NCBI RefSeq assembly: GCF_009914755.1
Contig: NC_060928.1
Length of the DNA: 64,000 bases
Direction: 5' to 3' (one strand)
Source of the DNA: the human T2T-CHM13v2.0 reference genome, Homo sapiens
Shown here: positions 24,791 through 42,005 of the stretch, in pieces
Position numbering within the stretch: position 1 is the stretch's first letter
Layout of the letters: the number at the start of each line of letters is the position of its first letter
Program-made: the position numbers and the translations under genes
Notes under the pieces: generated by a model
Told to the model about the DNA's origin: nothing
Seen by the model: only the letters and a program-made list of their open reading frames with translations
Database searches by the model: none

Positions 24791-27207
24791 TGCACAAATG
24801 ATAGTTTTTTCTATCCAAATGAAACCAGCCAAACTGCCTCTCCAGCGGTGTAGAAAGAAGCAGGATGTATCACATAGAATGGTTGATGAAGTGGCTTCCT
24901 ATGAAATGAACTGTTATATCTGGACCTTCTAAGTTTGAAAGCAATCTAACAGCTATTACTTTACTCCAAAGGAGAAGGAAATCAGAATTTGTAGTGAAAA
25001 TTATTTGGTATAAATAGTGTATGTATGGAAGTTGTCATTCACTTAATAGGAAACATTAAGGGTTCTGACAGATGAGTACCTCACACACGAAATCAATCAC
25101 TTTTCCCTTTTCTGGTGGTGGGAAGTTGAACCAAAAAAGCATCTGAAGTGAACCCCAAGGGTTCTCAGTGACTTCAGTAAGACAAACAATTCCTGTTTGT
25201 GTTCAATAGTTCTGTGTTGGTGACTTTTTAGTCAAAATAAGTTTTTAGTAACAGTTATGGAATTGATTCATGTTCATAGCTACATAGTTGCTCCCCTCTA
25301 GTTTTCACTAGGCATAGAAGTTTCTTTGACCATTCAGTTCAGATTCTAGTTCTTGATTTCCATAGATGATTCCATAACCCTGGTACTGATGCGTAATCTT
25401 GACAAGTTTATTTCAAAATGTAGGAATGGACAATAGCTCTCTTTCCTCCTCCTCCTTTTAAAAAATGTGTGTGTATAACTGCTTGTATATATATTTGATT
25501 TTTAATTTAGAATACAGTTTTACTCATTGCTACAAACATCCACTGAACTTGTTTATAGTGCAATCTCTCCCTTCCCCAGTCAGTGTACAAATATTTTAAA
25601 TATGGAAATCCTAATGCAGGGGGTGGGCTGAGAGAGATTTTATAGAATATATGTATGTCCAAAACAGAAGATACGGAATAAAAAGCATGAAAGAAAGAAG
25701 AGGTTCCATAGCAAGGTATCAGCAGTTCCTCAGGGATGAGGATGGCGGAGGCATCAAGGAATCTCAAGATGCTACCAAAATAGGAGCGGAAACATGGAAA
25801 GATGGAAGCACATGTATAATTCAAGTCTGTTCAGCAACTTGTGTGCCTCCAGCCTAAAAGTAAACCACAGTCATGTTCTAAAGGTTCCGATTCATACACA
25901 TGTCTGCTTGTTCTTCAGTTTTGGTTTTGCTACTGGGCTTTGATTCTTTAATCCCCACCTGCTGAATGAATTGAGTCCTTGTGTTTGTTAAAGAGCTTGT
26001 GATGGTCCCAAGGAAACATAATAGTTGTTTACACAAAGTAGTGTGTTGACTAACAAACATTTTGCAGGACAAAAGTTTTTAAAGAGCTAACTAGACAGCT
26101 TTTATAAATGCTACTGAATATTATGACAGCAAAGAAAGATTAAGGGTGGGGGGGTGTAGCGTAGAAAAAAATGCACCAAGTTCCTACTGCCAGATAAACT
26201 TGTAGGAGTGGTCTAGATATCAAGATGCCAAGACAATAATAAAAAACAGAATTTGCAACCAGTCAGGAAGGCTGGGGGCAGGGGCATCCCAAGAGAGGCT
26301 AAGAAAATGATAATAAAGGGATGTCATCTCTCAGTGAACAGCATAATGCAATGATGCAGAGCGACTCAGGCCAAACAAACAACATCATAATGCTGGTTAG
26401 AATAATCATCTTCCTTGTCAGAACTACTTGAAAGGCGTAACATAGCCTGGGCAAAAGACCAGCTGATGATTTTTAAATGATGATCCAGGTCAGAGTCCAT
26501 TGTGGTCTTCAGACTGATGAATGAGACTGGAGGCATCACGGTGGAAGTTGAGCATTTCAGAACATGGAGATGATCTAATCCCACCCTTTCACTTTCTAGT
26601 GAGGACACTGAGGTCGTGTGGTTAAATGACTTTCTCAAGGTGGCGCAACAAGACAGTGACAGACCCACAATGAGAACTGGTTTCTTGATCTCCAGTTTAG
26701 AGTCCATTCCTCCAACCACACTGCCTCTAGAGTAGAGCACCATAGGGAGTCGACGTGGGGCCACACAACGGCAATATTAAGTGAACTTAATAGAGAACAC
26801 GTCTCCTTAAGACTCCTCAGAGGAGAAAGAAAGACCCTGCCTGAGCAAGCTGAAGGAACAGACTGACAAAGCCATTCAGCATTTATCAATCACCTTTCTG
26901 GGGTGGAATAAGGGAAAGGTAAAAGGTCAAGGAAGTGATGCATGTTGAATTAAACTGATGACCACACCCACCTTGATAGGTGAAAAGGTGGGACAGGTCT
27001 AGTCAATAACCAAATACTAACAAACAGCACTGCTAACAAAAATAGAAATTTAAAAAAATCATTTTACCAGAATACCTGTAAATAATAATAATACCTTTAA
27101 AAAAAAACACTTCATATTGCATATTACAAACAAACACACATGTTGTGAAAAAAATGCTTGTTTGTGGGGTTGAACATGAATCACTGTCTTCCCTGCAGTG
27201 CTACAGC

Positions 27208-27213
27208 TTTATT
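27208..27213 (-). terminator. UNC5C: Candidate proximal UNC5C poly(A) signal
   Basis: AATAAA on - ~680 nt after the stop, with a T/GT-rich tract downstream on - (27100-27155). Confidence 0.45.
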
Positions 27214-27890
27214 CCCAAAGGGCACCAGAAGGGTCCCTCCAAGGAATAGGAGTCTTAGTTATTTCTTTTTTACACTTAGATTCTCCACTTCCCTGATACA
27301 AACAGTAACACTGGTTCTACAAGTTCTAGAAACAGAACACTGATGGGAGGATTATCTGAGACACTTGATGCACACGATTTGTAGCAAAAGTCTGTGATTT
27401 CTCTGTAAATTACTAATCTGAAATAGACACAACAAACCGTCCACAGCTTCAACTTCAAATGATTTGAACAAAAATAGAACGAGCCATGGACAGTGTCTGC
27501 ATCCCTGTCCAATTTGATGTAAACAACATTTGTAGAAATTGGGTTTGTTAAGAAAGTTTATCCATATATCTGGATAGCAATAAAAAGCGTTTCCTAGGAA
27601 ACTGTAAGATCCTGTACCACACAGCATACAGCCCAACTAAGAGGAAAATTAGGTTGATAGCTAAATTCAAGGTACAAATTTACACAATTTTTCTTAACTC
27701 CCGTGATGATGTCCGAGTAAAGTGGGCATGTACATGGGCAGTTGTATCTGTTTTCCTTCTGGCTCCTGCTGCAGTCTTGCCTGTGAAGTGCATTGGTCTC
27801 ATCTGGATTTCCTCCTCAGCTGTGATTCACCTGGACGGCCACAGACTCCCTGTGCATTTTTGTCCTTCATTTCCCCTTCCAGCATGGTGG

Positions 27891-28056
27891 TTAATACTGC
27901 CCTTCTGCTGCTAAGGACACCACCGTTTCATGTCTTCCCATTTCTTCCAAGACAGCTGCCAGCATGCTCAGGTTTCCATCTGGGAAGTTCTGTGCTTCCC
28001 AAAGATCCAGGATTACGCCAGTTGGGCTGGATTTGGTGGCAAAGTAATTCAAGTAC
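27891..28056 (-). CDS. UNC5C: UNC5C terminal coding exon (exon 16), C-terminal half of the death domain
   Basis: Minus strand reads (R)[54 protein letters not shown]. Acceptor ttttctctttcccaattacag. Confidence 0.97.
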
Positions 28057-28807
28057 CTGTAATTGGGAAAGAGAAAATGTGCTCAACAGTGTGACTTACA
28101 TATCTATTTTTCCTCAGCTAAACCTTTCTGTCTCTCTACTTGTCTTTAAGTTTCCTGGTCCCATTGTGGCTGACAGTGAGCCATCCTAAATAACTAGCCC
28201 ATGCTTAATTAGATCAGCCCCAGACAGGGGATGTGATGTTTAACTTTGTGAACCTCAGCTCTGAGTGAGATAATTTAAGAGACAAGATGTCTATGGGTCA
28301 TATTCTAAACAGGAAATCAAGAGACTTATGTTTTCTTTCTAGTCCAGGCTTGGATGATCTTTGACAGGTCATGCCACATGTTATGTTTGGTAGTGACGGT
28401 GACACTCCACAAAGACGCTCCAGAGGTCTCTTTATAACTTAATATCAGTGCTGTGTTGGCATGCTAATTATTAATCAAACATTAGGTCCTGCTCAACTGC
28501 AGAGGAGGAGCAATAACTACGGTAGTGAATGGCTATATGATTTGGGGAATTTAGCCCATCAGCTTGGCAAAGTGCATCACAAAACTTGATACTTACCAAT
28601 GCCAGATAAGCTCAGAATGTCTCTTAGCACTCTTTGCAAGCCCGTAGTGCAAGGTACAAGGACAGAGCTTAATGCATATTTGCAAAATGAAAAATTAAAT
28701 AGATGTGTGGATGGAAAAAAAAATGAAGCTAACCCTACGTCTAATAGTTATCAGTCCTGGAGGGCACTAACAGAAAGAAGCTAGTCTTGGGGCCAGACCA
28801 TACCCAC

Positions 28808-28986
28808 CTGTCCAGGTTCAGCTTATGGGCCAGCATCCTCCAGTCATGGCCTCTCGTCTGGGGGGCATCCAGGCTGCTACAGAGCTTCTGCCGGATAGGG
28901 AGAGGGATGCTGAAAGCACTGGGCCCCGTGACCGTGGTGATGGTGTTCGCAGGATCCAGCAGCGGCAAATCGATGCCAGTAGGTTC
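28808..28986 (-). CDS. UNC5C: UNC5C exon 15, linker and N-terminal half of the death domain
   Basis: Reads [59 protein letters not shown](R). Acceptor ctacag, donor gtgggt; 179 nt, phase-compatible with exon 16. Confidence 0.97.
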
Positions 28987-30111
28987 CTGTAGTTCAGGGA
29001 CAGGAACAACACAGCATTATTTCTGAAGACAAAAGCAATCTCTATTGAACCAATCAACATAATGCCTTGCTTTGAGTGATAAGAAAAGAATGAATGCTGT
29101 TATTCTTCTTAGGAAGAATGGCTTCTTCTTAGCCTGAAAGTTGTGCATCACTAGATGTAACCTGGCTCAGAGATAGAGGTACATACATTTTGAGCTAACT
29201 TTGCATAGCCTCAGATTTGTGAGTCTTTGGTGAGGACTGGGCTGGATGGAAAGCTCTGGTGTGATTCGATAACAGCTTTACTAATGGGATTCTCCAGGCT
29301 GAGAGAGAAGAGAGGGAATATCAGAGCTCCTAAAGGTTTAAATTTCAGGAGAGGAAAATGTTCAAAAGGGCAGTGCTTTGGGAATGAATAGATCTGAGAT
29401 TCAAGGCTTCTGGAAACAGCCTGACCTTGAGGAGAAAGTCCTGGGCAAATGCTCCAGTAGTTCTGCTAAACTCCACAGAAGATGTCTCAGTTCTGCTTTT
29501 GTTGAATGAACTGGAACATAGCTCTCCTCTAAATGATATCAACTTAAGGCTAATTTCTTAAAAAAGAAAATGGTAAACACAGTATATTATTGCCTTAGGG
29601 CAAGTTGTTAATGGCATCCTCCAATTGCTGTATATCCTTATTTTTTAAAAATCTAATTTTAGTAGAGAAAACCATAAATTGGCTCTTAAGATAGTCTCAG
29701 CTCATAAAACAACACAAATGCAAAATCTGAATTTCATCTGCAGGAGAAATTCTAATCATTTTCTGATCACTTGTGCTGGTTGGAAAAGCAAAAGCAAATG
29801 GTGCCTGGGAACTATTAAAGCAATAAAAGAAAATCTACTTAATCTACTATAAATGCCATCTCTCTCTATTTTTTTTTTCTTTTTTATTTATTTATTATTA
29901 TTATACTTTAAGTTTTAGGGTACATGTGCACAATGTGCAGGTTAGTTACATATGTATACACGTGCCATGCTGGTGCGCTGCACCCACTAACTCATCATCT
30001 AGCATTAGGTATATCTCCCAATGCTATCCCTCCCCCCTCCCACCTCCCCCTACCCCACAACAGTCCCCAGAGTGTGATGTTCCCCTTCCTGTGTCCATGT
30101 GTTCTCATTGT

Positions 30112-33938
<3,827 letters not shown>

Positions 33939-34001
33939 TATGATGTTAGCTGGTTATTTTGCTCGTTAGTTGATGCAGTTTCTTCCTAGTCTCAATGGTC
34001 T

Positions 34002-35017
34002 TTACATTTTGGCATGATTTTGCAGTGGCTGGTACCGGTTGTTCCTTTCCATGTTTAGTGCTTCCTTCAGGAGCTCTTTTAGGGCAGGCCTGGTGGTGAC
34101 AAAATCTCTCAGCATTTGCTTGTCTGTAAAGTATTTTATTTCTCCTTCACTTATGAAGCTTAGTTTGGCTGGATATGAAATTCTGGGTTGAAAATTCTTT
34201 TCTTTAAGAATGTTGAATATTGGCCCCCACTCCCTTCTGGCTTGTAGAGTTTCTGCTGAGAGATCAGGTGTTAGTCTGATGGGCTTCCCTTTGTGGGTAA
34301 CCCGACCTTTCTCTCTGGCTGCCCTTAACATTTTTTCCTTCATTTCAACTTTGGTGAATCTGACAATTATGTGTCTTGGACTTTCTCTTCTTGAGGAGTA
34401 TCTTTGTGGCATTCTCTGTATTTCCTGAATCTGAGTGTTGGCCTGCCTTGCTAGACTGGGGAAGTTCTCCTGGATAATATCCTGCAGAGTGTTTTGCAAC
34501 TTGGTTCCATTCTCCCCATCACTTTCAGGTACACCAATCAGATGTAGATTTGGTCTTTTCACATAGTCCCATATTTCTTGGAGGCTTTGCTCATTTCTTT
34601 TTATTCTTTTTTCTCTAAACTTCCTTCTCGCTTCATTTCATTCACTTCATCTTCCATCACTGATACCCTTTCTTCCAGTTGATCGCATCGGCTCCTGAGG
34701 CTTCTGCATTCTTCACGTAGTTCTTGAGCCTTGGTTTTCAGCTCCATCAGCTCCTTTAAGCACTTCTCTGTATTGGTTATTCTAGTTATACATTCTTCTA
34801 AATTTTTTTCAAAGTTTTCAACTTCTTTGCCTTTGGTTTGAATTTCCTCCCGTAGCTCGGAGTAATTTGATCATCTGAAGCCTTCCTCTCTCAGCTCGTC
34901 AAGGTCATTCCCTGTCCAGCTTTGTTCCATTGCTGGTGAGGAACTGCGTTCCTTTGGAGGAGGAGAGGCGCTCTGCTTTTTAGAGTTTCCAGTTTTTCTG
35001 CTCTGTTTTTTCCCCAT
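34002..35017 (-). pseudogene. L1 ORF1p, frameshifted
   Basis: ATG at 35017 (MGKKQSRKTG...) and C-terminus ...RYQPLQNHAKM* at 34002. The span is 1016 nt, one short of 1017, with an apparent 1-bp deletion near 34623. Confidence 0.85.
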
Positions 35018-35471
35018 CTTTGTGGTTTTATCTACTTTTGGTCTTTGATGATGGTGATGTACAGATGGGTTTTTGGTGTGGATGTCCTTTCTGTTTGTTA
35101 GTTTTCCTTCTAACAGACAGGACCCTCAGCTGCAGGTCTGTTGGAATACCTGGCCGTGTGAGGTGTCAGTCTGCCCCTGCTGGGGGGTGCCTCCCAGTTA
35201 GGCTGCTCAGGGGTAGGGGTCAGGGACCCACTTGAGGAGGCAGTCTGCCCGTTCTCAGATCTCCAGCTGCGTGCTGGGAGAACCACTGCTCTCTTCAAAG
35301 CTGTCTGACAGGGACATTTAAGTCTGCAGAGGTTACTGCTGTCTTTTTGTTTGTCTGTGCCCTGCCCCCAGAGGTGGAGCCTGCAGAGGCAGGCAGGCCT
35401 CCTTTAGCTGTGGTGGGCTCCACCCAGTTCGAGCTTCCTGGCTGCTTTGTTTACCTAAGCAAGTCTGGGCA

Positions 35472-35702
35472 ATGGCGGGTGCCCCTCCCCCAGCCTCGCT
35501 GCCGCCTTGCAGTTTGATCTCAGACTGCTGTGCTAGCAATCAGCGAGACTCTGTGGGCGTAGGACCCTCCGAGCCAGGTGCGGGATATAATCTCCTGGTG
35601 TGCCGTTGTGTGCCGTTTTTTAAGCCCGTGGGAAAAGCGCAGTACTTGGGGGGGAGTGACCCGATTTTCCAGGTGCCGTCTGTCACCCCTTTCTTTGACT
35701 AG
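35472..35702 (+). other. L1 ORF0 (antisense ORF in the L1 5'UTR) with a frameshifted C-terminus
   Basis: MAGAPPPASLPPCSLISDCCASNQRDSVGVGPSEPG matches the primate L1 ORF0 N-terminus. A 10-bp tandem duplication (gtgtgccgtt x2, 35598-35617) shifts the downstream frame. Confidence 0.8.
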
Positions 35703-36351
35703 GAAAGGGAACTCCCTGACCCCTTGCACTTCCCGAGTGAGGCAATGCCTCGCCCTCCTTCGGCTCACGCACGGTGCGCGCACCCACTGACCTGCGCCCA
35801 CTGTCTGGCACTCCCTAGTGAGATGAACCCGGCACCTCAGATGGAAATGCAGAAATCACCCATCTTATGCGTCGCTCACGCTGGGAGCTGTAGACTGGAG
35901 CTGTTCCTATTCGGCTGTCTCTCTCTTTTTAAAGCACGTAACTTGTTGGTGTTCCTCACTAGTTGCCAGAGGATGAACTAACTGGCCACACCCAGTTTCA
36001 GCCATCATGAAGTGTTTGGTTCCTGCTGAGTGCTCAGCTCAGGGGCTCAACACCACCATCATCACCCAGAGCCCCCCCATATGCTGCCCTGCACCGCTTC
36101 AGTGGCCTCCCCAGCCGTGAATGCACTGGCACTGCAGGCGGTGAGGTTGCAACTGCCTGTGTGCCAGTGTTGATTAGCAGTATGTTCCACATTCTGCGAT
36201 CAGCAGCAAGTGCTCACTTCTAGGCTTATGCAATCCCATGGAACAGGGTCAATCCAGGGGTGTGGAGGGCATTTGAAATCTTTTGCCATGGTATGCACAG
36301 TGCTGTTGGCTGTGATCATGGTATTTGTCCTCAAATACATATATATATGTA

Positions 36352-36673
36352 TTTAGAGACAAGGTCTTCATGTGGTAGGAGGGGCATTTGACACTTCTCT
36401 GTCACCCAGGCTGGAGTGCCATGGTGTGATCATAGCTTGCTGCAGCCTTGAATTCTTGGGCTCAAGCGATCCTCCCACCTCAGTCTCCCAAATAGCTGAG
36501 ACTATCGGTGTGCACCATCACACTGGGCTAATTTGCCTTTTTTTTTTTTTTAAGAGATGATGGGGTCTCACTGTGTTGTCCAGATTGGTCTCAAACTCCT
36601 AGGCTCAAGTGATCCTCCTAGCTCAGCCTCCCAAAGTCATGGGATTACAGGTGTGAGCCACCATACCTGGCCC
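36352..36673 (-). mobile_element. AluJ with a short foreign insert near its 3' end
   Basis: Antisense Alu dimer with ~27 bp of non-Alu sequence at ~36369-36395. Confidence 0.85.
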
Positions 36674-38110
36674 AGTGAGGGATCTTTATATGACCTTCCT
36701 GGTTGGCTGGTATGAGGCTGCAAGGTGACCATGTGAAGTGCAGAATGCAGTCGGACATGGAGTAGGGCTGTTCACCTGTGCTTCCACCACTTCACAATCT
36801 AATCTCAGGTTGCCCCGTCCTTACCGTGACTTGACCTGACTCATAGGCTCCTTAGAGTCTGAGCACCACTCACTAGTTCTTATGCCATTTCTAAGGATGC
36901 ACCTCTAATAGTTATTCTGCTCTTTCTTTTCTTTGATCTCTGTCAGGCAAAGTCCTCAAAGCCTGGTCCAAAAGTCCTGTGCCCTGGGGCCCCCCTGGGC
37001 GAGCATACCCTAGGCGTCAGGCCTGGAGGTCTCCTCGGTGCCTCCCAGCTCTTCTGTGCTCCTCACACTCTGCTCTGTGCACATTGGCTGTATTTGTAGG
37101 TTACTGCCTTTTATTTCTCACATTTCTTTTTGGTGAGAGTATATCAATCAATCAATCATCCTCAGACCTCTATGATAACACTGTGCCCCACACACAAGAA
37201 GCTACTCAATTAATGTTTGTTTGTTGAAATGAGAGAAAATATTTGTCCTTAGTACAGAAAGAAGATGAAGCCAACCTCTGATAGAAGCCCACCCATAGAC
37301 TAGGGTGTTGAGCTGCCTTCCAACTAAATGTGGAAGTTAAATCCTGAAATGAGAGGCCAGTTGAAGATAGATAGGCATGGATCTTGGGAAGGCGTGCTCA
37401 CATATTCATGTTGTCCCCATTTTCTTGTGGATAAAGAACTCTCCTCAGCATTTCATGTGGGCATTGAAGTCCTGAGCTCTCTATCCCTGGCTACTCACTC
37501 AGCCTATTTATTTCTGTGTAGATGAAACAAGCTCAATAGGGCATCATTTCTTTGTTTCTTTCTCTTATCAAATGGCTGACAACAGCCTTGAAAGTTAAAG
37601 TAAAATACGTTTATACATTTACATTTCATCTAGTAATTTTAGTTGCTATTAGTTCTTCCTTTACTTCCAGGTAAAAGTAGAGTTTACTCTCACAGAATGC
37701 TTATTTCAATAATCATTTATAATATCAGTACCATTGGTCTTTGATGTTATGATTCCCTTATGTAAACATATGATTTTTCAACATTAGTCAAACAGCTGCT
37801 ATGGGTGATGACACACATATTCAGGACTCCACAGTCCTGAAACAACTTTCTATTCTGATATTTGGACTTTTCCTAAAGTCGCTTAGAAAAACTAGATTTT
37901 CCCAATGGTCATTTTGAGCAGGTTATGGAAAGCAGAAGATGTAAACAGATGAAATGGCTGTAGCAGAGTGATATTACTTTGTACATTTATTTTAAATAAA
38001 TATTATTTGTGTATACAGAAGTGCTGTGCACCACAACTTAAGAGGTTATAAGATCTAGCAAATATAAAACTTAATTATAATTGCTTTTATTACCTATAAA
38101 TCTATTATTA

Positions 38111-38533
<423 letters not shown>

Positions 38534-41500
38534 CTACCTTCTTTTCTCTGGGAGCTAATTTTTGTTTATATTTAGTTTTCATTTATTTATATAGGATCTG
38601 AGTTTTATTTTTGTGTTTATTTTGATTGATGATAGAAAGAAAATCTGAAACCTCAATTGATGACAGACCCCCCCCCACGGATTGAAGTAGCAAAGTTGAC
38701 TCAAAAGCCCTGTTATCCTTATGGCATCAGTGGCACCAGTAAAAATGGTGAACATAGATTAAGCATGTGCTCTGGGCCAAGTTCTGTTTAGAACACTTAC
38801 TTACTAACAAACATTCTCCCATTTAATTCCCACACTGGCCCAAGATAATATTCTATACCAATTTACAATGGGGAAACTGAGGCAAGAAAGGATTAAGTAA
38901 TTGGCCCTATCTATCTCCATGGAACAGCCTACTTGGGAATTTCCCATGATGGATGTCTGCCTGTAACTGAAACAAAATAGAAGATGTGAAAAAACTGTAA
39001 ATTTATCATCTGTCCTCTGCACCATGTTTTCTTTTCTTTTGGAGATAATGAGTAGCTTCCTGGTTACTCTCTCTGCACTTGTCTATGAAACCAACAAACA
39101 AAATCTTTTATCATCTTTTACATTTTGACATTCATTTGTGTCAATACAGTTAGTTAGTCTTCCAGACATTTTCCTTCTTAAACTTCATCTCTGTGAAATT
39201 AATTAAAGCCTTTGTCTCTAGTTAAGGAATCCCTGGCTAAATCACCCAGAGACAACTGGCTGGCCCTTGAAATAATCAGAGTACATGTCACGCACAGCCT
39301 GGTCTCTGGGGTGGGCAACAGGTCCTCTGTCTGACAGGACAGGCCAAGGGCTGTGTAGCTTTATAAATGACGACTGGTGAGTGCGTCCGGTGGTGGGTGG
39401 CTGGAGGGAGGGGCAGCACATTTCTGGCAAGCCAGCTCATTCCTGGGAGATAGGACATTGGAACGGGAACCCCAGCCTCATTGCCATCTTGCCCTGTGAC
39501 CCTAGGAAGGAGCCCTGTTCAGAAGAAAGAAACCACAAATGGAGCCTTTTCTCTACTTGTTTATGGTTTGTCAATCATCTTGTACCCTTTCTTGAAGGTT
39601 TTGTTGAGGATCTGGGTCCCATAACTCTACAGAGTCCATTGTTCTTCAGCGCAGAGGCTTCCTCTCCAACATCAGTACACCCATCCACACTCCCTCCTCT
39701 GTGCACCCAGCACCCGCATTCAAATGCTAACCACAACAGTGGGATTCAGTGACCCAGAAGGAAAAGCCGCAGAGTGCCCCTTAATCCCCCAAAGTCATCT
39801 TGACTCCCCTCACTTCTTCCCCGCCCTCAGTTAAATATGCTTGTCTGTCACACAAGGGCAGATGCCTCTGACATGACTGAAGGCTGGTCTCTTTGAGCAG
39901 ACTGACACCGTGTTGCAAAAGAAGTAATCTTTCCTCTGTGTTGCCATAAGAAAGCAAAAGCCCTTAAATTGTGATCACACTATGCAAAACTGTCCTTTTT
40001 CTGAAGGGAGGTGGCAGCCCTGGCGCGGGAGAGCACAGAGCAGCTCTCTTTCATTTGTGGCTGCATCTGATCCACCTTTTTAACACGCAGCCAATGTTCA
40101 TGTGGAACAGAAAGCAAGCATCAAAGGACCAGACCCCCTCACCCCCCTCCAAAATTCCGCAGCCTTTGTTGTCACTGGAGCTGGGTGGTTATTGAACTTT
40201 GCAGACCTGCTGGGCCTGGAAAGTGAAAACACCCTCCCGAGCCAGCAGGGGTGGTGCTGTGTGCCTGGGAGATAGGGCTGCGCATCCGAAGGCCTGGCGG
40301 TTGCCATGGCACCCTGACACCGAGATCATTCCTTATGAATGTCACCGGGGGCTGTGACTAAAGTTGTTTATGAGTCAAAAGTCTCATGAAACTACAGGAG
40401 GAAATGATGACCGCACCTCGGCAGGCTGTGGGAAAGAAAGAAGGATGGAGTGTAGCGGAAGCTGATGTGCTTTTCTCCCCACTCGGTTTGCTAAGGAAGA
40501 TGGTCTTTAAATATGACATGTGAAGCAAGACAAGCTGAACATGCTGACATTGCATTCGTCACTGTGCATGACACAACGAGGGAGAGGTAGTATTTTAAAT
40601 CATATACTGGCCCGCTGTCATTTTCACATATGACAATCTTGTGCTTTGTGGCTTAGCACGCAGCACAGGGCTTAGCTCCATGAGGCCCCAAAGAGGCTGC
40701 CTTCTGCCCTTTTGGCTTCTTCTCTTCCCTTTGTTCCTCTGGTGTGAAGGGTTATCAATTTTCAAGGCTTTGGATCCAAGGTAACAGATAAGGAAGGTCA
40801 TGGGCACTTCCTCTTTCCTTAAGGAGAAGTTTTAGATAGCAGTGATCACTATTATTTCTGTAATATGGACACAGGGAAATAGCCAACTGAAGTGTGTGAA
40901 GATCACAGCAAAGGAAGGCAAAGCTGATGGCCACAGGGGGGAAATATGGAGATTCTACTTCTATTTGTGGCATATTTCCCCCATCCCGGAGGAAAGTGTA
41001 TCTCTCTTTATATTTAGAGAATGATAGAGAGAAAGGAGATCAAGAGATTTCTCCTTTCTTCCTTTGAATGGAGAAGAAGAAAAAGGGAGCAGAGAAGCCC
41101 CTCTCCTTTCTTCCACTCCACCCAGCAGCAGGTGATTAGGGGAAAGGGAGGAGAGTTGCTGAGAAAGAAGCAGAAAGGGAGGAGAGACAGATGGAGGATG
41201 GGGGAACATGGCACGCTAAGGGATGCATGGGGAGAAGTTACTCCATGTGCACGCTCCTTAAATTAAACCTTTACTTGAAATTCAGATCTGTTTTTACAAG
41301 TTAGAACATAATTCTTAAAATTCATGTCATAAAAATTAAGACTTGTTTTTCAAAAAGGATCCCTTAATATATATATTTTTTTTTCTGCAGCTAGCTTCCA
41401 TTGCTCATTACAAATATTATTCTATTAACAAATAGGATCTATAGAAAGCTTTTGAGGACTTCCCATATGGACTATGTTGAGATACCCTTTTAGCCCACAC

Positions 41501-41559
41501 ACTCTGTCTTCCTGAGTGTCGCACTCTCCCCTGATTTCAGACAGACAGGAGCCACTTAC

Positions 41560-41724
41560 CTCTGACACGGTGCAGTTGAGCTGGAAGATCTGCCCTTCTC
41601 CTTCCACCTGCCGCACACAGAGTTTGCAAACCAGCTCCACTGTGTTCAGGCTAAATCTTTCCAGAGTGAAGGTGCAGTGCAGGTTTCTTTGAGATCCACT
41701 CCAAACATGGTAAAATGGAATTTC
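41560..41724 (-). CDS. UNC5C: UNC5C exon 14, end of the UPA domain
   Basis: Reads [55 protein letters not shown]. Acceptor ctttag, donor gtaagt; 165 nt, phase 0-0. Confidence 0.97.
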
Positions 41725-41794
41725 CTAAAGGATATGAAAGTGTTAACCACAATTGAAGGACTAATACCAAAAATAACTCTCAGATGGTCTGCTG

Positions 41795-42005
41795 CCAGGT
41801 ACTCTGAGTATCACACCTGTGGCCTCATTTAATCCTCACAACAGCCCTATGTTTAAGTACATCCTGGACCCTTATCACATGAAAAACTTGAGGGCCAGAG
41901 AGGTTCAATAACTTACCCCAAATCACACAGCAAGTAAGTAGCAGGGCTGAGATTTGAACCTAAGGAGTCAGCCTCCAGAATCCATGTACCTAACCAGTCT
42001 GCCAC
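41795..42005 (-). mobile_element. MIR
   Basis: ctcatttaatcctcacaacagccctatg...aaacttgagggccagagaggtt...aacttacccc...gatttgaacc. Confidence 0.7.

Larger units (their letters stand above)
21160..27890 (-). other. UNC5C: UNC5C long 3'UTR (~6.7 kb, end approximate)
   Basis: Continuous Alu-free sequence between the TAA stop (27891-27893) and the AATAAA at 21185-21190, consistent with the known long UNC5C mRNA. Confidence 0.7.

Noticed and set aside
27654-28189. Plus-strand ORFs (86 and 155 aa) antisense to the last UNC5C exon
   Set aside because: They are shadow ORFs of a coding exon with no independent evidence.
28933-28935. UNC5C codon 835, site of the Alzheimer-associated T835M variant
   Set aside because: The codon is ACG (Thr), the common allele.
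41425-41559. 44-codon open read-through from UNC5C exon 14 into intron 14 (possible alternative C-terminus)
   Set aside because: The donor is a strong GAG|gtaagt, I found no nearby poly(A) hexamer on -, and this length is expected by chance.
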